Assembly: GCA_017937305.1 (NCBI GenBank)
Contig: JAGBDV010000020.1
Location: 160,576 to 224,575, forward strand
Length of the DNA stretch: 64,000 bases
Source of the DNA: Bacilli bacterium
GTDB lineage: Bacteria > Bacillota_I > Bacilli_A > ML615J-28 > CAG-313
Direction: 5' to 3'
The notes under the pieces: generated by a model
Database searches by the model: none
The model's input: only the letters and a program-made list of their open reading frames with translations
Told to the model about the DNA's origin: nothing
Part shown: positions 36,218 through 47,401 of the stretch, one piece after another
How the letters are laid out: each line of letters opens with the position of its first letter
Numbering within the stretch: position 1 is the first letter of the stretch
Position numbers and translations under genes: made by a program

Positions 36218-36361
36218 AATAAAAAGAATAATTAAGTTAGTTGAACTAAACCAAAAGATTGTTAGAAATAATTGATAACAAAATAACCAAATAATAAATA
36301 TTCTTATTCTTGCAAATGCTTGTTTTAAATTTCTAATTAGATTAATAAGTTTTGATTTCAT
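36176..36361 (-). CDS. Possible small hydrophobic protein (61 aa) convergent with and overlapping the 3' end of the YsxE-like gene
   Basis: The ATG at 36361 is preceded by a GGTGA RBS-like sequence. The product has a basic amphipathic N-terminus and 2 hydrophobic helices. It could equally be a chance ORF in AT-rich DNA. Confidence 0.25.
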   Translation of the reverse strand: MKSKLINLIRNLKQAFARIRIFIIWLFCYQLFLTIFWFSSTNLIILFILGFILITNIFIII

Positions 36362-36463
36362 AAATATCACCAATATAATTATATGATTAATTAATTTTAA
36401 AAGCACTTTTTTAGTAAAAAAAATATATGTTTAGTAAAATATTACATAATGGAGGAAATAAAT

Positions 36464-37873
36464 ATGAAAGAATTTGATTTTATTACTAAAGAAAAAGCTT
36501 TAGAAATTCTTGAAATTGCTCTTTCTACTGGCGGTGATTTTGCTGAAGTATTTATGGAAAATGGTTCCAGCGAAGCATTTGAGATGACACTTGGTAAAGT
36601 TTCACAAATTAGTTACCGTAATGTTAGTGGAGCTGCTATTAGAATTATTAAAGGAAATACTGAAGTAAATACTTCTTTAACTGATTATTCTTATGAAAAT
36701 TTAAAGAATGCTGCAAAAGTCTTAGCTGAAAGTTTTGATGGTGTAAAAACTACTGATGTCTTAGAGTTTGTTTCAAAAGAAGTTGAAACTGTTTGTAATC
36801 CAACAAGAGTTTCATCTAGTGATGCAAGTGAAGAAATATTATTACTTACTAAAGCTTCAAGTGCTGCTATGAGTGCTCATGAAGAAATTAAGCAAGTTAT
36901 TTGTGGTTTAACTAGAAAATTACAAAACATTTTTGTTTTTGCAAGTGATGGTACATATCAAAAAGATTATCGTTGCAATATGAGATTATCAGTAAACTGT
37001 ATTGCAAGTGATGGAGTATCAATGCATTCAATAGGTAAGACAAGTGGTAAAGCTATTGGACTTGAACAATATGATACTGTTGATGTTGAAGAGTTTGCAC
37101 GCGGTGTAGCGCTTGATGCTGTTGAAATGTTACATGCTGACCCAATGGTGGGTGGTGAAATGCCTGTTGTTATTAACAATGGATTCGGTGGTGTTATTTT
37201 ACATGAAGCTTGTGTTCATGGTTTAGAAGCAACAAGTGTTGCTAAAGGAATGAGCGTATTCTGTGGTAAACTTGGCGAAAAGATTGCAAGTGATATTGTT
37301 AATGCTGTGGATGATGGTACTAACCTTAATGCTTGGGGTTCTATTAATGTTGATGATGAAGGAACTCCTTCAAAATGTAATGTTTTAATAGAAAATGGTA
37401 TCTTAAAATCATATTTAGTTGATAAACGTAACTCAAAAGTTATGAATCATCCTATCACTGGTAATAGTAGAAGAGAATCATATAAATACCAAACTACATC
37501 TAGAATGACTAATACTTATTTCTTAAATGGAAAGTCTACCTTTGATGAAATTATCGCTAATACAAAATATGGTCTTTTTGCAAAAGAAATGGGTGGTGGA
37601 AGCGTAAATCCTGCTACTGGTGAATTTAATTTTGCTGTAAATGTTGGCTATTTAATTGAAGATGGTAAAATTACTAAACCAGTTAAAGGGGCTACACTAG
37701 TTGGTTCTGGTCGCGATGTACTTCTTAGAATTGATATGATTGGTGATAACTTGTCATGTGGACATGGTATGTGTGGATCAATGAGTGGTAGTATTCCAAC
37801 TAACGTTGGTCAACCTACGATTAGAGTTTCATCTATGACTGTAGGTGGAAGTGGAAAAGGAGGTAACAAATAA
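36464..37873 (+). CDS. tldD: Metalloprotease TldD
   Basis: HEACVHGLE metal-binding motif, a conserved C-terminal GG-rich region, and the TldD-PmbA pair. The ATG at 36464 follows GGAGGA. Confidence 0.88.
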   Translation: MKEFDFITKEKALEILEIALSTGGDFAEVFMENGSSEAFEMTLGKVSQISYRNVSGAAIRIIKGNTEVNTSLTDYSYENLKNAAKVLAESFDGVKTTDVLEFVSKEVETVCNPTRVSSSDASEEILLLTKASSAAMSAHEEIKQVICGLTRKLQNIFVFASDGTYQKDYRCNMRLSVNCIASDGVSMHSIGKTSGKAIGLEQYDTVDVEEFARGVALDAVEMLHADPMVGGEMPVVINNGFGGVILHEACVHGLEATSVAKGMSVFCGKLGEKIASDIVNAVDDGTNLNAWGSINVDDEGTPSKCNVLIENGILKSYLVDKRNSKVMNHPITGNSRRESYKYQTTSRMTNTYFLNGKSTFDEIIANTKYGLFAKEMGGGSVNPATGEFNFAVNVGYLIEDGKITKPVKGATLVGSGRDVLLRIDMIGDNLSCGHGMCGSMSGSIPTNVGQPTIRVSSMTVGGSGKGGNK

Positions 37874-39198
37874 TGACTTATCAAGAAATAATTAATTTAG
37901 GACTTAAAAAAGGTATCTCTGAAATTGAACTTTACGCAAAGACTTCTACTGATAAAACTTTAAAAGTATTTAATGGAAATTTAGAATCTTATAACGCAAA
38001 AGAAATTTATTCTTTAAGCATTAGAGGTTTATACAACGATAAAATGGGTTATGCTTCATGTGAATCTTTAGATGAAAGTGTTATTAATGAAGCACTTGAT
38101 AAATTAATTACTTCATGTGGGCTATTAACAAGTACAGAAGTTGAAGAAATTTTTGGTGAAATTGTTGAATATGAAAAAATAGAAGAAGCTTTAAGTGATG
38201 CTTCAGAGTATCCACTTTCAGAAAAAATTGACCTTCTAAAGACTCTTGAAGCAGAAACTTTAAAAGCAGATCCAAGAATTGTTAAAATTGGGTACTGCCA
38301 ATATGTTGAAACTTTAGGAAAAGTTGAAATTATTAATTCTAAAGGCATTAATTTAGTAAGAAATTATTCATATGTTGTAGTAGTTTTAGGTGCTTTAGGT
38401 ATGCAAGATGGTTTAACTAATGTTGGTTATGCTCATCAAATTGAATTAAGCTTTAAAGATATTAACAAAGATAAACTTATCAAAGAAGTTGTTGAAAAAA
38501 CTTTATCAGGTCTTGGCGCTGGAAGTGTTGCAACAGGCGAATATCCAGTAATTTTAGATCAAGAAGTTGCAACTGATTTAGTTCAAGCATTCTCATCACT
38601 TTTCTCTGGTTATGCTGCAATGAAAAATATGACTATGCTTAATGGAAAAAAAGGGGAAAAAGTATTTGGTGAAAATATTACACTTGTTGATGATCCATTC
38701 TGCGAGTCTTCACTTATTAAAGTAGCATTTGATGATGAAGCATATCCTTGTAAAAAACGTAATGTTGTTGAAAATGGTGTCTTTACAGGATTCTATCATT
38801 CATTAAAAACTGCTAAATACTTTAATGAAACTCCAACTGGGAATGGCTTTAGAAATGGTAACCAAGTAATTCCAAGCCCGACTAACCTTTATATGTTACC
38901 AGGAGAATATTCTCAAGAACAACTATTTGATGGAATTAAAGAAGGTATTTTAGTTACTGATGTAGCAGGTCTACATGCAGGACTAAATGTTGTTGCAGGG
39001 ACTTTTAATCTTCAATCTAGTGGTTATATGATTAGAGATGGTAAAAAAGCAGAACCAATTACATTATTCGTAGTATCTGGTAATTTCTTTGATATGCTAA
39101 ATAATGTAGAAAAGATTGGTAATGATTTACCAGAAAAAATTAATGATGTTGCAATTCCTTCTCTTCTAGTTAAGGGATTAATGATTTCAGGTAAATAA
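37873..39198 (+). CDS. pmbA: Metalloprotease PmbA/TldE
   Basis: It belongs to the TldD/PmbA family, lacks the HExxxH-type motif, and is translationally coupled to tldD. Confidence 0.85.
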   Translation: MTYQEIINLGLKKGISEIELYAKTSTDKTLKVFNGNLESYNAKEIYSLSIRGLYNDKMGYASCESLDESVINEALDKLITSCGLLTSTEVEEIFGEIVEYEKIEEALSDASEYPLSEKIDLLKTLEAETLKADPRIVKIGYCQYVETLGKVEIINSKGINLVRNYSYVVVVLGALGMQDGLTNVGYAHQIELSFKDINKDKLIKEVVEKTLSGLGAGSVATGEYPVILDQEVATDLVQAFSSLFSGYAAMKNMTMLNGKKGEKVFGENITLVDDPFCESSLIKVAFDDEAYPCKKRNVVENGVFTGFYHSLKTAKYFNETPTGNGFRNGNQVIPSPTNLYMLPGEYSQEQLFDGIKEGILVTDVAGLHAGLNVVAGTFNLQSSGYMIRDGKKAEPITLFVVSGNFFDMLNNVEKIGNDLPEKINDVAIPSLLVKGLMISGK

Positions 39199-39205
39199 TA
39201 AAATT

Positions 39206-39236
39206 AGATTGCTATTAACTTAGCAATCTTTTTATT
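39206..39236 (+). terminator. Intrinsic terminator after pmbA
   Basis: AGATTGCTA-TTAAC-TTAGCAATCT followed by TTTTTATTTT. Confidence 0.8.
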
Positions 39237-39271
39237 TTATAAGTAATTTTATACTATTTTTATGTAAAATA

Positions 39272-39280
39272 TGGTATAAT
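39272..39280 (+). promoter_or_regulatory. Extended -10 element TGgTATAAT upstream of proS
   Basis: Read directly. No T-box fits in the roughly 110-nt leader. Confidence 0.4.
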
Positions 39281-39308
39281 ATGTTTGAAATTAAGGAGAT
39301 GTATTATT

Positions 39309-41018
39309 ATGAAAGCAAGTAGAATGTTAATCGCAACATTAAAAGAAGCTCCACAAGAAGCAATTATTTCTAGTCATATTTTACTTATTCGTGCAGGTAT
39401 GATTAGAAAATTAGTTTCTGGTGTTTATAATTATTTACCACTAGGACTTAGAACTTTACAAAAAATCGAAAATATTATTCGTGAAGAAATGGATAAAGCA
39501 GGTTCATTAGAAATTTTATCATCAGCTATTCAACCTAAAGAATTATGGGAAGAATCTGGCCGTTGGCAAAAATATGGTCCTGAACTTATGCGTTTTAAAG
39601 ATCGTCATGAAAGAGAATTTTGTTTAGGTCCAACTCATGAAGAAATTTTTACTGATTTAGTTCGTACTGAAATTAAATCTAGAAAAAGTCTTCCACTTTC
39701 TTTATATCAAATTCAAACTAAGTATCGTGATGAACTTCGTCCTCGTTTTGGTTTAATGAGAGGAAGAGAATTTATTATGAAAGATGCTTACTCATTTGAT
39801 TTAGATCAAAAAGGTTTAGATGAATCATATAAAATTATGTATGACACATATTGTAGAATTTTTGATCGCCTTGGTATTGATTATAAAATAGTGCTTGCAG
39901 ATACAGGTGCTATTGGTGGTACTGGGTCTCATCAATTCATGGCAATTAGTGATGTAGGTGAAAGTAACATTGTTTACTGTAACTGTGGTTATGCAGCTGA
40001 TGAAGAAAAAGCTGAAAGTATGCCTGAATCATTTAACAATGATGAAGAGTTAAAAGAAGTTGAAAAAGTAAATACTCCTAAGATGAAAACTATCGAAGAA
40101 GTATCAAACTTCTTAAATGTTTCACCTAAAAAGATTGTTAAATCTTTAGTATACCGTGATTATGCAAACGACAAATTTGTAGTAGTACTAGTTCGTGGCG
40201 ATAGAGAAGTTAATGAAATTAAAGTAATTAATCATTTAGGTATTGCAGAACATGAAATTGCTCTTGCATCTTATGATGATATAAAGTCTATTGGATCTGT
40301 TGAAGGCTTTGTTGGCCCAGTGGGACTTTCTAATATCGAAATCTTAGTTGATGAAGAAGTTACAATGATGAAAAACTTTGTAGTAGGTGCTAATGAATTT
40401 GATTATCACTTAGTTAATGTAAACTATGGTCGTGACTTTACTGGTACAGTTAAGATGTTTAGAGCTGCTGCATCTGGTGATAAATGTCCAGTATGTGGTC
40501 TTCCACTTGAACTTGAACGTGGTATTGAAGTTGGTCAAATCTTTAAACTAGGTACTAAGTATTCTGCTAGTATGGATTGCACATACACTGATGAAGCAGG
40601 TAAAAATGTTCCAATGGTTATGGGATGCTATGGAATTGGTGTAACTAGAACATTATCTAGTATTATTGAACAACACCATGATGACTTTGGTATTAAATGG
40701 CCACTTAATGTTGCTCCATATCATGCAGTAGTAGTTCCAATTAACTATAAAGATGAAACTATGAAAGCTGGCGCTGAAAAGATTTATCAACAACTTTTAA
40801 ATGCTGGGGTTGAAGTTATCTTAGATGATAGAGATGCTAAACCAGGATTTAAATTTAAAGACTGGGAATTAATTGGTATTCCATATATCATTACTGTAGG
40901 ACGCCTTGCTGGTGATGAAATTTGTGAATTTAAAGAAAGAAGCACAATGGAAAAAGTGGAAATGCCATTTAATGAGGCTATTTCAACTGTAGTAGAAGCT
41001 TTAAAAAATATTAAATAA
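39309..41018 (+). CDS. proS: Proline--tRNA ligase (bacterial type with INS editing domain)
   Basis: Class II motifs (FRDE.RPRFGLMRGREF, GCYGIGVTR) are present. The ATG at 39309 follows AAGGAG, and the ORF-track TTG at 39285 is unlikely to be the start. Confidence 0.95.
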   Translation: MKASRMLIATLKEAPQEAIISSHILLIRAGMIRKLVSGVYNYLPLGLRTLQKIENIIREEMDKAGSLEILSSAIQPKELWEESGRWQKYGPELMRFKDRHEREFCLGPTHEEIFTDLVRTEIKSRKSLPLSLYQIQTKYRDELRPRFGLMRGREFIMKDAYSFDLDQKGLDESYKIMYDTYCRIFDRLGIDYKIVLADTGAIGGTGSHQFMAISDVGESNIVYCNCGYAADEEKAESMPESFNNDEELKEVEKVNTPKMKTIEEVSNFLNVSPKKIVKSLVYRDYANDKFVVVLVRGDREVNEIKVINHLGIAEHEIALASYDDIKSIGSVEGFVGPVGLSNIEILVDEEVTMMKNFVVGANEFDYHLVNVNYGRDFTGTVKMFRAAASGDKCPVCGLPLELERGIEVGQIFKLGTKYSASMDCTYTDEAGKNVPMVMGCYGIGVTRTLSSIIEQHHDDFGIKWPLNVAPYHAVVVPINYKDETMKAGAEKIYQQLLNAGVEVILDDRDAKPGFKFKDWELIGIPYIITVGRLAGDEICEFKERSTMEKVEMPFNEAISTVVEALKNIK

Positions 41019-41026
41019 TAAATAAA

Positions 41027-41058
41027 AATGGTAGAATTAAATAATTCTACCATTTTTT
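41027..41058. terminator. Bidirectional terminator between proS and the convergent gene
   Basis: AATGGTAGAATTA-AA-TAATTCTACCATT is flanked by A- and T-runs. It overlaps the last codons of the - strand gene. Confidence 0.75.
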
Positions 41059-41580
41059 TGTTTGTTCATAAGGTGATTCAAATATTTTAGTATTACCAAG
41101 ACCAATAAGTCTTGTTCCATAAACATCTGTATATGGAGTTACAAAGACTATTTCACATTCATTGATATATTTTACAATTTTTTTAGGATTAGGATTTGCA
41201 ATAACAAGTTTGATTTCGTTTGTTTTAGTTTCTAGATTCATGAACTCTGAAATATCTTTTAGCATTTTTTTATAAGGTTGAGCTTTACCAGGGGTATTAC
41301 CTGCTCCATATTTAATTTCCCATGTGACTTTATTATTAATTTGGATTTCAGCGTATTCTGGAATCTTAATAAGTTTTACTAAAAATGTAATTTCATCATT
41401 TTTAATAATTTGATTAATAACACCGTCATCATGTTCTATTATTTCATAACCTAGTTCTTTAATTTTATTATAAAATGATTCTTCAATAGTTGTTTTATTT
41501 TTTTCTGATTTTGCGAAAATAAATACTAAAACAGCAAGTGCTATTAAAACTAATATAATTGTAATGATAATATCTTCCAT
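41047..41580 (-). CDS. Membrane-anchored hypothetical protein (177 aa)
   Basis: An N-terminal TM helix (IIITIILVLIALAVLVFIF) is followed by a soluble domain with no recognised motif. The RBS is AGAGGT. Confidence 0.55.
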   Translation of the reverse strand: MEDIIITIILVLIALAVLVFIFAKSEKNKTTIEESFYNKIKELGYEIIEHDDGVINQIIKNDEITFLVKLIKIPEYAEIQINNKVTWEIKYGAGNTPGKAQPYKKMLKDISEFMNLETKTNEIKLVIANPNPKKIVKYINECEIVFVTPYTDVYGTRLIGLGNTKIFESPYEQTKKW

Positions 41581-41679
41581 AAATTTTATACCTCTATTTT
41601 TATTATATCATTAATTTACTTATTTATAAAGTAATAAACAATTATTGATACTTATTCATATGATATATTGGGTGATAAA

Positions 41680-41991
41680 ATGATTATAATTATAGGTACT
41701 TTTGATAATAGAATGAAAGAATTTATTAAAAGTCATAAGTTTCATAATAAAGTTGTAATAGCATATAAAATATGTAATATTAAACATATAAAAGATTCAT
41801 GTGAAGTAATTATTCCATTTGGTTATATTATGGATAATGATTTAATTAGTAATACTTATATTCAACTTTATGAACTACTATTAACTTTAAACGTTAAAAA
41901 AATTTATTATTACAATGATTGCAATATCAATAGACTAAAAACCATTGCTGATGAATTTAATGTAGAAGTTATAAAAAAATATAATGAATAA
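41680..41991 (+). CDS. Hypothetical protein (about 103 aa)
   Basis: ORF with a GGTGA RBS before the ATG at 41680 (the ORF track uses TTG 41668). No motif was recognised. Confidence 0.4.
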   Translation: MIIIIGTFDNRMKEFIKSHKFHNKVVIAYKICNIKHIKDSCEVIIPFGYIMDNDLISNTYIQLYELLLTLNVKKIYYYNDCNINRLKTIADEFNVEVIKKYNE

Positions 41992-42052
41992 TTTAAAATT
42001 ATTGCAAAATTCTAATATTTAGTGTATAATAAATAAAAAAGAGGTTTTAGTT

Positions 42053-42310
42053 ATGGATATGATTATTTCAATTGTAATATTAGTACTACTTTGCTTTATT
42101 TTTTATAGAGAAATTAAAAGTGATAAAGAAGTAGATTTATTTATTAATATAGTAATTTCTGGTGTTTGTATTGGTACACCACTTGTTACATTTTTATTAG
42201 ATGGATTTAAAGCAAATTATATCGCTCATTACATTTATATTGGTGTAATAATAGTAGCTGTTATTTTTACAATTTATTATTTAACTAAATATTTTAAAGC
42301 TAAAAAGTAA
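42053..42310 (+). CDS. Small membrane protein (85 aa, 3 hydrophobic helices)
   Basis: GAGGT RBS and a hydrophobic profile. Confidence 0.45.
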   Translation: MDMIISIVILVLLCFIFYREIKSDKEVDLFINIVISGVCIGTPLVTFLLDGFKANYIAHYIYIGVIIVAVIFTIYYLTKYFKAKK

Positions 42311-42351
42311 AAGATTAATTCTTTAACTTTTTTTATAGAAAGGTAGACAAC

Positions 42352-44181
42352 ATGATTCCTTCAAAAAAAGAATTATTAGAAAGACAAAAAAAGATTAGAA
42401 ATTTTTCTATCATTGCTCATATTGACCATGGTAAAAGTACTTTAGCAGATAGAATATTAGAATCTACTAAAACTTTAGAAACTAGGGAAATGAAAGAACA
42501 AATCTTAGATTCAATGGATTTAGAACGCGAACGTGGGATTACTATTAAACTTAATTCAATTGAACTTGAATATACTGCAGATGATGGAGAAACTTATATT
42601 CTTCATTTAATTGACACTCCAGGACATGTCGATTTTACTTATGAAGTATCTCGTAGCCTTGCAGCATGTGAAGGTGCAGTTTTAGTTGTTGATGCTGCTC
42701 AAGGTATTGAGGCACAAACACTTGCTAATGTGTATTTAGCTCTTGAAAATGATTTAGAGATTCTTCCGATGATTAACAAAATTGATTTACCCTCTGCTGA
42801 TCCAGATAAAGTAAAACAAGAAATTGAAGATGTTATTGGACTTGATGCAAGTGAAGCTGTACTTGGTTCTGCAAAAGAAGGTATTGGTATTCATGAATTA
42901 TTAGAACAAATAATTGAAAAAGTGCCAGCTCCAGTAGGTGATCCAACGGGTGAAGTTCAAGCATTAATTTTTGACTCTTATTATGATCCATATCGTGGAG
43001 TTATTCCACTAATTAGAGTAGTATCTGGTACAATTAAAAAAGGTGATCACATTAAGACTTTTAATAGTGATCAAGTATATGAAGTTATTGAACTAGGTGT
43101 TACTACACCTAAAGAAAAGAAAAAAGATTTTTTATCAGCAGGTGATGTTGGCTGGCTTGCCGGTAGTATAAAAGATATTTTAACCGTTCAAGTTGGGGAT
43201 ACTATGACTACTTTAGAAAATGAAAGTAAAGAGTCTTTACCAGGCTATAGAAAAATGAATTCAATGGTTTTCTGTGGTATTTATCCTTTAGAAACTAATA
43301 AATATGATGAATTAAAAGATGCACTTGGAAAATTAAAATTAAATGATGCAGCACTTGTGTTTGAACCTGAAACTTCACAAGCGCTTGGCTTTGGTTTTAG
43401 AACAGGCTTTTTAGGACTTCTTCATATGGATGTAATTCAAGAACGTATTGAACGTGAATTTAAAATTCCTTTAATCGCAACAGCACCAAGTGTAGAATAC
43501 CATGTTTATTTAACAAATGGTTCAATGATTAAGATTGATAATCCCAATGATTTACCAGAGTTAACGCTTGTTAAAAGAATCGAAGAGCCTTATGTTCATG
43601 CTAATTTAATGATGCCTAAAGAATATATAGGTTCTATTATGGAAATATGTCAAAATAGACGTGGTACTTATGTATCAATGAGTTATATTGATGATAACCG
43701 TGTATCACTTTATTATGATTTACCACTTTCGGAAATTGTTTATGATTTCTTTGATAAGATTAAGTCTACTTCACGTGGTTATGCATCATTTGACTATGAA
43801 CTTGCAGATTATAGAGAAAGTAATCTTGTAAAACTTGATATTTTATTAAATGGTGAAAAAGTCGATGCATTAAGTATTATTGTTCATAAAGATTTTGCAT
43901 ACGGACGTGGTCGTCAACTTGTTAAAAAACTTCGTGGATTAATTCCTCGTCAATTATTCGAAGTTCCAATTCAAGCTGCTGTTAATACAAAAATTATTGC
44001 ACGTGAAACTTTATCTGCATTAAGAAAAGATGTTATCGCAAAATGTTATGGTGGTGACATTTCTAGAAAACGTAAACTTTTAGAAAAACAAAAAGAAGGA
44101 AAGAAGAGAATGAAACAAGTAGGTAGTGTTGAAGTACCTCAAGAAGCATTCCTTGCAATATTAAAATTAGATGATGAATAA
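42352..44181 (+). CDS. lepA: Elongation factor 4
   Basis: [29 protein letters not shown] and the LepA-specific C-terminal domain. Confidence 0.96.
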   Translation: MIPSKKELLERQKKIRNFSIIAHIDHGKSTLADRILESTKTLETREMKEQILDSMDLERERGITIKLNSIELEYTADDGETYILHLIDTPGHVDFTYEVSRSLAACEGAVLVVDAAQGIEAQTLANVYLALENDLEILPMINKIDLPSADPDKVKQEIEDVIGLDASEAVLGSAKEGIGIHELLEQIIEKVPAPVGDPTGEVQALIFDSYYDPYRGVIPLIRVVSGTIKKGDHIKTFNSDQVYEVIELGVTTPKEKKKDFLSAGDVGWLAGSIKDILTVQVGDTMTTLENESKESLPGYRKMNSMVFCGIYPLETNKYDELKDALGKLKLNDAALVFEPETSQALGFGFRTGFLGLLHMDVIQERIEREFKIPLIATAPSVEYHVYLTNGSMIKIDNPNDLPELTLVKRIEEPYVHANLMMPKEYIGSIMEICQNRRGTYVSMSYIDDNRVSLYYDLPLSEIVYDFFDKIKSTSRGYASFDYELADYRESNLVKLDILLNGEKVDALSIIVHKDFAYGRGRQLVKKLRGLIPRQLFEVPIQAAVNTKIIARETLSALRKDVIAKCYGGDISRKRKLLEKQKEGKKRMKQVGSVEVPQEAFLAILKLDDE

Positions 44182-45310
44182 AAAATTAGGCTTATATATT
44201 CACATTCCTTTTTGTAATAATGTATGTCCATATTGTGATTTTAACAAGATGGTCGCAAGTGATGATTTAAAAGAAAAATATATCAAAGCCTTAATTAAAG
44301 AATCAAAGATTAAAAACATTTCTAAATATGATTTATCCACGTTATATATTGGGGGAGGCACTCCATCAAGTCTTAAGATGGATCTTTTAGAAATGCTTTT
44401 TTCTTCTTTAAATGAGGTAATAAACTTAGAAAAATTAGAAGAGTTTACTTTTGAATGTAATCCAGAAGATATCCACAAGGATTTATTAAATTTATTAAAA
44501 AAATATCATGTGAGTAGACTTTCGATTGGAATTCAAACTTTAAACAAAAATTTACAAAAAGAAATAAAAAGAGTTTTTGATGAAGAAAAGTTATCCACAG
44601 TGGTTAAATTATTAAATGAATGTGGTTTTACTAATTATAGTTTTGATTTAATGTATGGGTTTGTTAAGCAAACTACTTTAGATATCAAATTAGATATTGA
44701 TAAATTAGTTAGTTATAATCCTACCCATATTTCAATTTATTCACTTATTGTAGAAGATCATACTATTTTTGGTAAATTAAAACAAGATGGTTTAGTGTTA
44801 GAGGCAAGTGATGATTTACAAGCTAATCAGTATTTATTTATAATTGATTATTTAGAAAAACTAGGATATTATCAATATGAAACAAGTAATTTTGCAAAAC
44901 CAGGTTATAAATCAAAGCATAATTTAATTTATTGGAATCATGAAGATTATTTATGCCTAGGCACTGGGGCTAGTTCATTTATTGATGATGTAAGAAGTGT
45001 AACAACAACTCGTATTCATGAGTATATTGATAGTTTAAAAAATAATAAATTACCTTTTGTTGAATCTGAACTTTTAGATTTTGAAGATTTAACTGATGAA
45101 TTTGTGATGATGGCGTTAAGAAAAAATGAAGGTGTGGATATCGAATTATTTGAAGAATTATTTGGTGTGGATATCTTTGAATATTATCCTAATATAAATT
45201 ATTTATTAGATAATAATATAATTGAACAACGTGGAAAATTCTTAGCAATTAAAAAAGAATTTAGATATGTTGCTAATTCAGTAATTGTAAAATTTATATC
45301 GGATTTTTAG
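44171..45310 (+). CDS. hemW: Radical SAM heme chaperone HemW (HemN-like, oxygen-independent coproporphyrinogen oxidase family)
   Basis: [10 protein letters not shown] radical-SAM cluster motif and conserved lepA-hemW order. Confidence 0.88.
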   Translation: MMNKKLGLYIHIPFCNNVCPYCDFNKMVASDDLKEKYIKALIKESKIKNISKYDLSTLYIGGGTPSSLKMDLLEMLFSSLNEVINLEKLEEFTFECNPEDIHKDLLNLLKKYHVSRLSIGIQTLNKNLQKEIKRVFDEEKLSTVVKLLNECGFTNYSFDLMYGFVKQTTLDIKLDIDKLVSYNPTHISIYSLIVEDHTIFGKLKQDGLVLEASDDLQANQYLFIIDYLEKLGYYQYETSNFAKPGYKSKHNLIYWNHEDYLCLGTGASSFIDDVRSVTTTRIHEYIDSLKNNKLPFVESELLDFEDLTDEFVMMALRKNEGVDIELFEELFGVDIFEYYPNINYLLDNNIIEQRGKFLAIKKEFRYVANSVIVKFISDF

Positions 45311-45320
45311 GTGAATATAA

Positions 45321-46217
45321 ATGGAAGATTTAATTTTAGAATATCGTAATTATTTAGTTTCAGAAAAAATGCGCAGTAGTAATACAGTTAATTCATATGT
45401 AAGTGATTTAGAAAACTATTGCTACTTCTTAACTAATAATTTGTTAATAGAAAATGTGAAAGATATAGAAGCAGAACATATTAAAAAATATTTAAGCTAT
45501 ATTAAAGGCTTAGGTTATTCTGCATCATCAATATCAAGAGCTTTAAGTAGCATTAAGAGTTTTCACAAATATTTACTTGTAGAAGAGGTTTGTGTTAATA
45601 ATCCTGCATCGAGTATTGTAAGCCCTAAAAAACCTAAGAAACTTCCTGCAGTTTTAAGTGTTGATGAAGTAATGCTTTTACTTAATAGTTTAAATAATGA
45701 AACACCAATAAGTTCAAGAAACCAAGTAATGGTTGAATTAATTTATGCGTGTGGACTTCGTGTATCTGAACTTGTTGATTTAAAACTTGGAGATCTACGT
45801 ATGACTTCTAAAATGATTTCAACACGTGGTAAAGGTAGTAAAGAGCGACTTATTCCAGTAAATGATTATTGTTTAAAATTATTAAGAGAATATATTATTA
45901 ATGACCGTCCTAAACTTGCAAAAACAGTGGATCCAGGATTTGTGTTTTTAAATGCTCAAGGTGGGCATTATTCTAGACAAAGTTTCTTTTTATTCTTAAA
46001 AGATAAATGTAAAGAGGTTGGGATTACTAAAGAAATTTCCCCGCATACACTTCGTCACTCTTTTGCAACACATCTATTAGAAGCTGGAACTGACCTTCGT
46101 ATTATTCAAGAATTACTTGGTCATGAATCAATTAGTACTACACAAATTTATACACATATAAATAATAAAACAATTAAAAATGTTTATGATAAAGCTCATC
46201 CAAGAGGAGGAAAATAA
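45321..46217 (+). CDS. xerD: Tyrosine recombinase XerD
   Basis: R...HxxR...H...Y catalytic residues are present (ACGLRVSEL, HTLRHSFATHLL, LGHESISTTQIYTH). The xerD(ripX)-deoB(drm) synteny matches B. subtilis. A dif site lies 2.7 kb downstream. Confidence 0.88.
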   Translation: MEDLILEYRNYLVSEKMRSSNTVNSYVSDLENYCYFLTNNLLIENVKDIEAEHIKKYLSYIKGLGYSASSISRALSSIKSFHKYLLVEEVCVNNPASSIVSPKKPKKLPAVLSVDEVMLLLNSLNNETPISSRNQVMVELIYACGLRVSELVDLKLGDLRMTSKMISTRGKGSKERLIPVNDYCLKLLREYIINDRPKLAKTVDPGFVFLNAQGGHYSRQSFFLFLKDKCKEVGITKEISPHTLRHSFATHLLEAGTDLRIIQELLGHESISTTQIYTHINNKTIKNVYDKAHPRGGK

Positions 46218-46218
46218 A

Positions 46219-47400
46219 ATGTTATATAAAAGAATATTTGTTATAGTAACTGATTCAATGGGAATTGGTGAAGCGAAAGACGCATCAAAATATAATGATT
46301 TAGGATCTAATACTTTTGGTCACATTGCAGACCTATCTTTAAATTTCAACGTTCCAACGCTTGAATGGCTAGGAATTGGAAATATTTGTAAAAATACAAA
46401 AATACCCCCTAAAAAAGCCCCAAATGGTGTTGTAGCACGTATGCATGAGTTAAGTGTAGGAAAAGATACATTAACTGGACATTTTGAAATTATGGGTTTA
46501 AATGTACTAACACCTTATCCATCTTTTACTGATACTGGATTTCCAGATGAACTTATCAAGATGTTAGAAGACTTTAGCAGAAGGAAAGTAATTGGTAATA
46601 TTTCTGCAAGTGGTACCGAAATTATTAAAGACTTAGGAGAAAAGCAACTAGAAACTGGTGCTTTAATTGTTTATACATCAGCTGATTCAGTACTTCAAAT
46701 TGCTGCAAATGAAGAAATAATCCCACTAGAAGAACTTTATAAAATTTGTGAATATGCAAGGCGCATTACAATAGAAAATAAAGACTGGCAAGTAGGTAGA
46801 ATTATTGCACGTCCATTTGTAGGTAAAACTAAAGATACATTTAAACGTACAACAAATCGTCATGACTATGCACTTGATCCATTTGATGAAACAGTACTTG
46901 ATGCATTAAAAAATGAAAACTATGATGTAATAGCAGTTGGTAAAATTAATGATATTTTTAACGGAAAAGGTGTCACTAAAGCAATCCGTACTGTATCTAA
47001 TCATGATGGCATGGAAAAAACTATTTCCTTATTAGATGAAGACTTTACAGGACTATGCTTTACAAACCTTGTTGATTTTGATGCACTTTATGGACATCGT
47101 AGAGATTTAGAAGGTTATAAACTAGCTATTGAAGAATTTGATCAAGATTTAAAATCTTTTATAGATAAAATGAATGATGATGATTTAGTAATTGTTGTAG
47201 CAGATCATGGTAATGATCCTGTTCACCATGGAACCGATCATACAAGAGAAATAGTTCCATTTATTGCGTATAGTAAAAAACTAACTGGTAAAGTACTTGC
47301 TGATTTTGATACATTTGCATATGTTGGTGCAACAATCGCTGATAACTTTAATGTTAAATCACCTAAAATTGGTAAAAGTATTTTAAAGGAACTAAAGTAA
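46219..47400 (+). CDS. deoB: Phosphopentomutase
   Basis: VTDSMGIGEA and ADHGNDP metal-binding motifs. The ATG at 46219 follows AGGAGGAAAA, and the ORF-track start at 46180 lies inside xerD. Confidence 0.93.
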   Translation: MLYKRIFVIVTDSMGIGEAKDASKYNDLGSNTFGHIADLSLNFNVPTLEWLGIGNICKNTKIPPKKAPNGVVARMHELSVGKDTLTGHFEIMGLNVLTPYPSFTDTGFPDELIKMLEDFSRRKVIGNISASGTEIIKDLGEKQLETGALIVYTSADSVLQIAANEEIIPLEELYKICEYARRITIENKDWQVGRIIARPFVGKTKDTFKRTTNRHDYALDPFDETVLDALKNENYDVIAVGKINDIFNGKGVTKAIRTVSNHDGMEKTISLLDEDFTGLCFTNLVDFDALYGHRRDLEGYKLAIEEFDQDLKSFIDKMNDDDLVIVVADHGNDPVHHGTDHTREIVPFIAYSKKLTGKVLADFDTFAYVGATIADNFNVKSPKIGKSILKELK

Positions 47401-47401
47401 A

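Noticed and set aside
39199-39308. Looked for a T-box leader upstream of proS, as found for alaS
   Set aside because: The leader is only about 110 nt. It holds a terminator for pmbA and a promoter, and there is no T-box consensus (GGTGGTACCGCG-like) or antiterminator.
45321-46217. Tyrosine recombinase considered as a phage or ICE integrase marking a mobile element
   Set aside because: Its size (298 aa), XerD-type motifs, the xerD-deoB synteny known from Bacillus, the nearby dif site, and the lack of any phage, conjugation or att-like context all indicate the housekeeping XerD.
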